Shown: in pieces, positions 63,801-64,000 of the stretch | Layout: each line of letters starts with the position of its first letter | How positions within the stretch are numbered: position 1 is the first letter of the stretch | Assembly (NCBI GenBank): GCA_039189765.1 | Contig: JBCCYL010000010.1 | Coordinates: 50,577-114,576 of the forward strand | Source: Cyanobacteria bacterium P01_F01_bin.150 | Lineage (GTDB): Bacteria > Cyanobacteriota > Cyanobacteriia > CAKZMO01 | DNA: 64,000 nucleotides | Reading direction: 5' to 3' | Notes under the pieces: model-generated | What the model was told of the DNA's origin: nothing | The model's database searches: none | What the model saw: the letters and a program-made list of their open reading frames with translations, nothing else | Made by a program: the position numbers and the translations under genes

Positions 63801-64000
63801 GACCAGAATTTGATCGACCAGAGATTGATCGGCCAGAGATTGATCAGCTAAAGATTGATCAGCTAAAGATTGATCGGCTAAAGATTGATCGGCTAAAGAT
63901 TGATCGGCTAAAGATTGATCGGCTAAAGATTGATCGGCTAAAGATTGATCGGCTAAAGATTGATCGGCTAAAGATTGATCGGCTAAAGATTGATCGGCTA
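60852..64000 (-). CDS. TPR-repeat protein with a long acidic disordered region; 5' end lies outside the window
   Basis: Repeated YAxxQNNLGxxYW TPR units; frame stays open past 63779 through (SLADQ)n to the window edge. Confidence 0.9.
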   Translation of the reverse strand, partial: ADQSLADQSLADQSLADQSLADQSLADQSLADQSLADQSLADQSLADQSLADQSLADQSLVDQILVDDFQLDDMPRESELDILVDTSLLDTIDDGSLLEQYDAVTSAPILASEVEEQSVTSDAEDQAIVSAPEEQTEAKPAESELESVSESTFSGADAGKQEGDRPSPIPAYTPSPDENPLKSTIQDLSKLLHSSLNGTSAETLNQNDTVDSDAGHLEGDGQENNVFSTNEISEDSNVFSTNEVSEDSNVLGLTGFDVLDSLDAITDDLLNDDVESELNAHLDNDDNRLSDSSDNIFPTGLLDELASDAPMGEQTEAYDLVSSVPAAEEIEGSHLQSNDLATANLESTEVEPDKVEADALLDELDSDEIETDTLSIDTLSMTADHTFDELDDQDNTSESNDLLLDDDNPALLDVEALIQGLETDDTTDFDNPFSDNVTLFGAPIDASMGDTDHFAVSNDEDFSYADPWSARSQQVEASSFEDAPPLRDHGVNNHDPATNNPGVDKESELEQEELDNNFDDNLNNNNTSLEVSDIFGGNQDGIYTVMDAAVGGAHFQEETGATGEGLDQEITQEAEIFEQPIFAEELEIADANEEFFAPNLFASEHEDNRSNSPLTSSSAAEPSDLDVEIFDPSDPVVRPLLQRIADLQHQRSEKMILAEAYRNLGNLYRDRIEQGDVSPQNLIRAMQAYKQVLHGIDDSHAMWPEVLNDMGNLCWLLSRGAPSPDQGLPHLLQGIQSYRMALTKIDPKADPQTYPMVQNNLGAAYGDLARYQDPVTNLQNSINAYQEALLYRSIDREPLRYASTQNNLGTTYWNLAQHVEPTDNLKRAIASYSEALRLYRPDTDPLNYAMIQNNLGTTYWNLAQHEQSGDWLRLAIMAYETALKFRTLETNPAAFAATQNNLGTAYWHVATYVEEEAEAKLLALQNAIKAYNSALSAVETLEYQQHPAPLNFDVLATHNNLGLVQYQISTESDIQAIEADSNGYLDQAIDHHLVALQGWQGRPELRQTALGCVIQTLQAIYNQKGLTAQNLALSKIPGHMLPEIMPKL
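63247..63326. repeat. In-frame 36-bp tandem duplication
   Basis: Encodes NVFSTNEISEDS NVFSTNEVSEDS NV. Confidence 0.85.
63796..64000. repeat. 15-bp tandem array TGATCGGCTAAAGAT, at least 13 units
   Basis: Eight identical units plus a partial unit from 63871; five progressively diverged units at 63796-63870. Confidence 0.98.

Noticed and set aside
63796..64000. Possible CRISPR array
   Set aside because: The 15-bp units are contiguous with no unique spacers, lie in a coding frame, and no cas genes are present

Overview
64 kb of a cyanobacterial chromosome, judged from frequent HIP1 GCGATCGC octamers and from prk, CpcD-domain petH, ndhM and ferredoxin-sulfite reductase. Most of it is housekeeping: sir/Rrf2/1-Cys Prx, serC, lptB/lptFG, prk-petH, sfsA, two def genes, map, nagA, NUDIX and ridA. 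There are two signalling clusters. One is a Ser/Thr and proteolysis cluster (PP2C, CHAT-FHA, unknown protein, FHA-PrsW). The other is a light/c-di-GMP cluster (atypical HWE bacteriophytochrome, CheB-CheR-PAS kinase, Rcp1-like receiver, GGDEF-EAL). An AT-rich decayed island at about 41.3-46.9 kb holds YhcG and IS4 remnants, a dynamin-like gene broken by one TAA, and a Uma2 gene; the last two lie between two copies of a REP-containing MITE. The most notable signals are (1) an A10 tract at the only overlap between a long acidic coiled-coil ORF and a start-less Hsp70/actin-fold ORF, a candidate slippage or frameshift fusion, and (2) a family of about 80-bp dispersed elements with conserved ends and a covarying central hairpin, which abut or supply the stop codons of several genes. 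No rRNA, tRNA or CRISPR array was seen. All assignments come from motif recognition by eye; no database searches were run.
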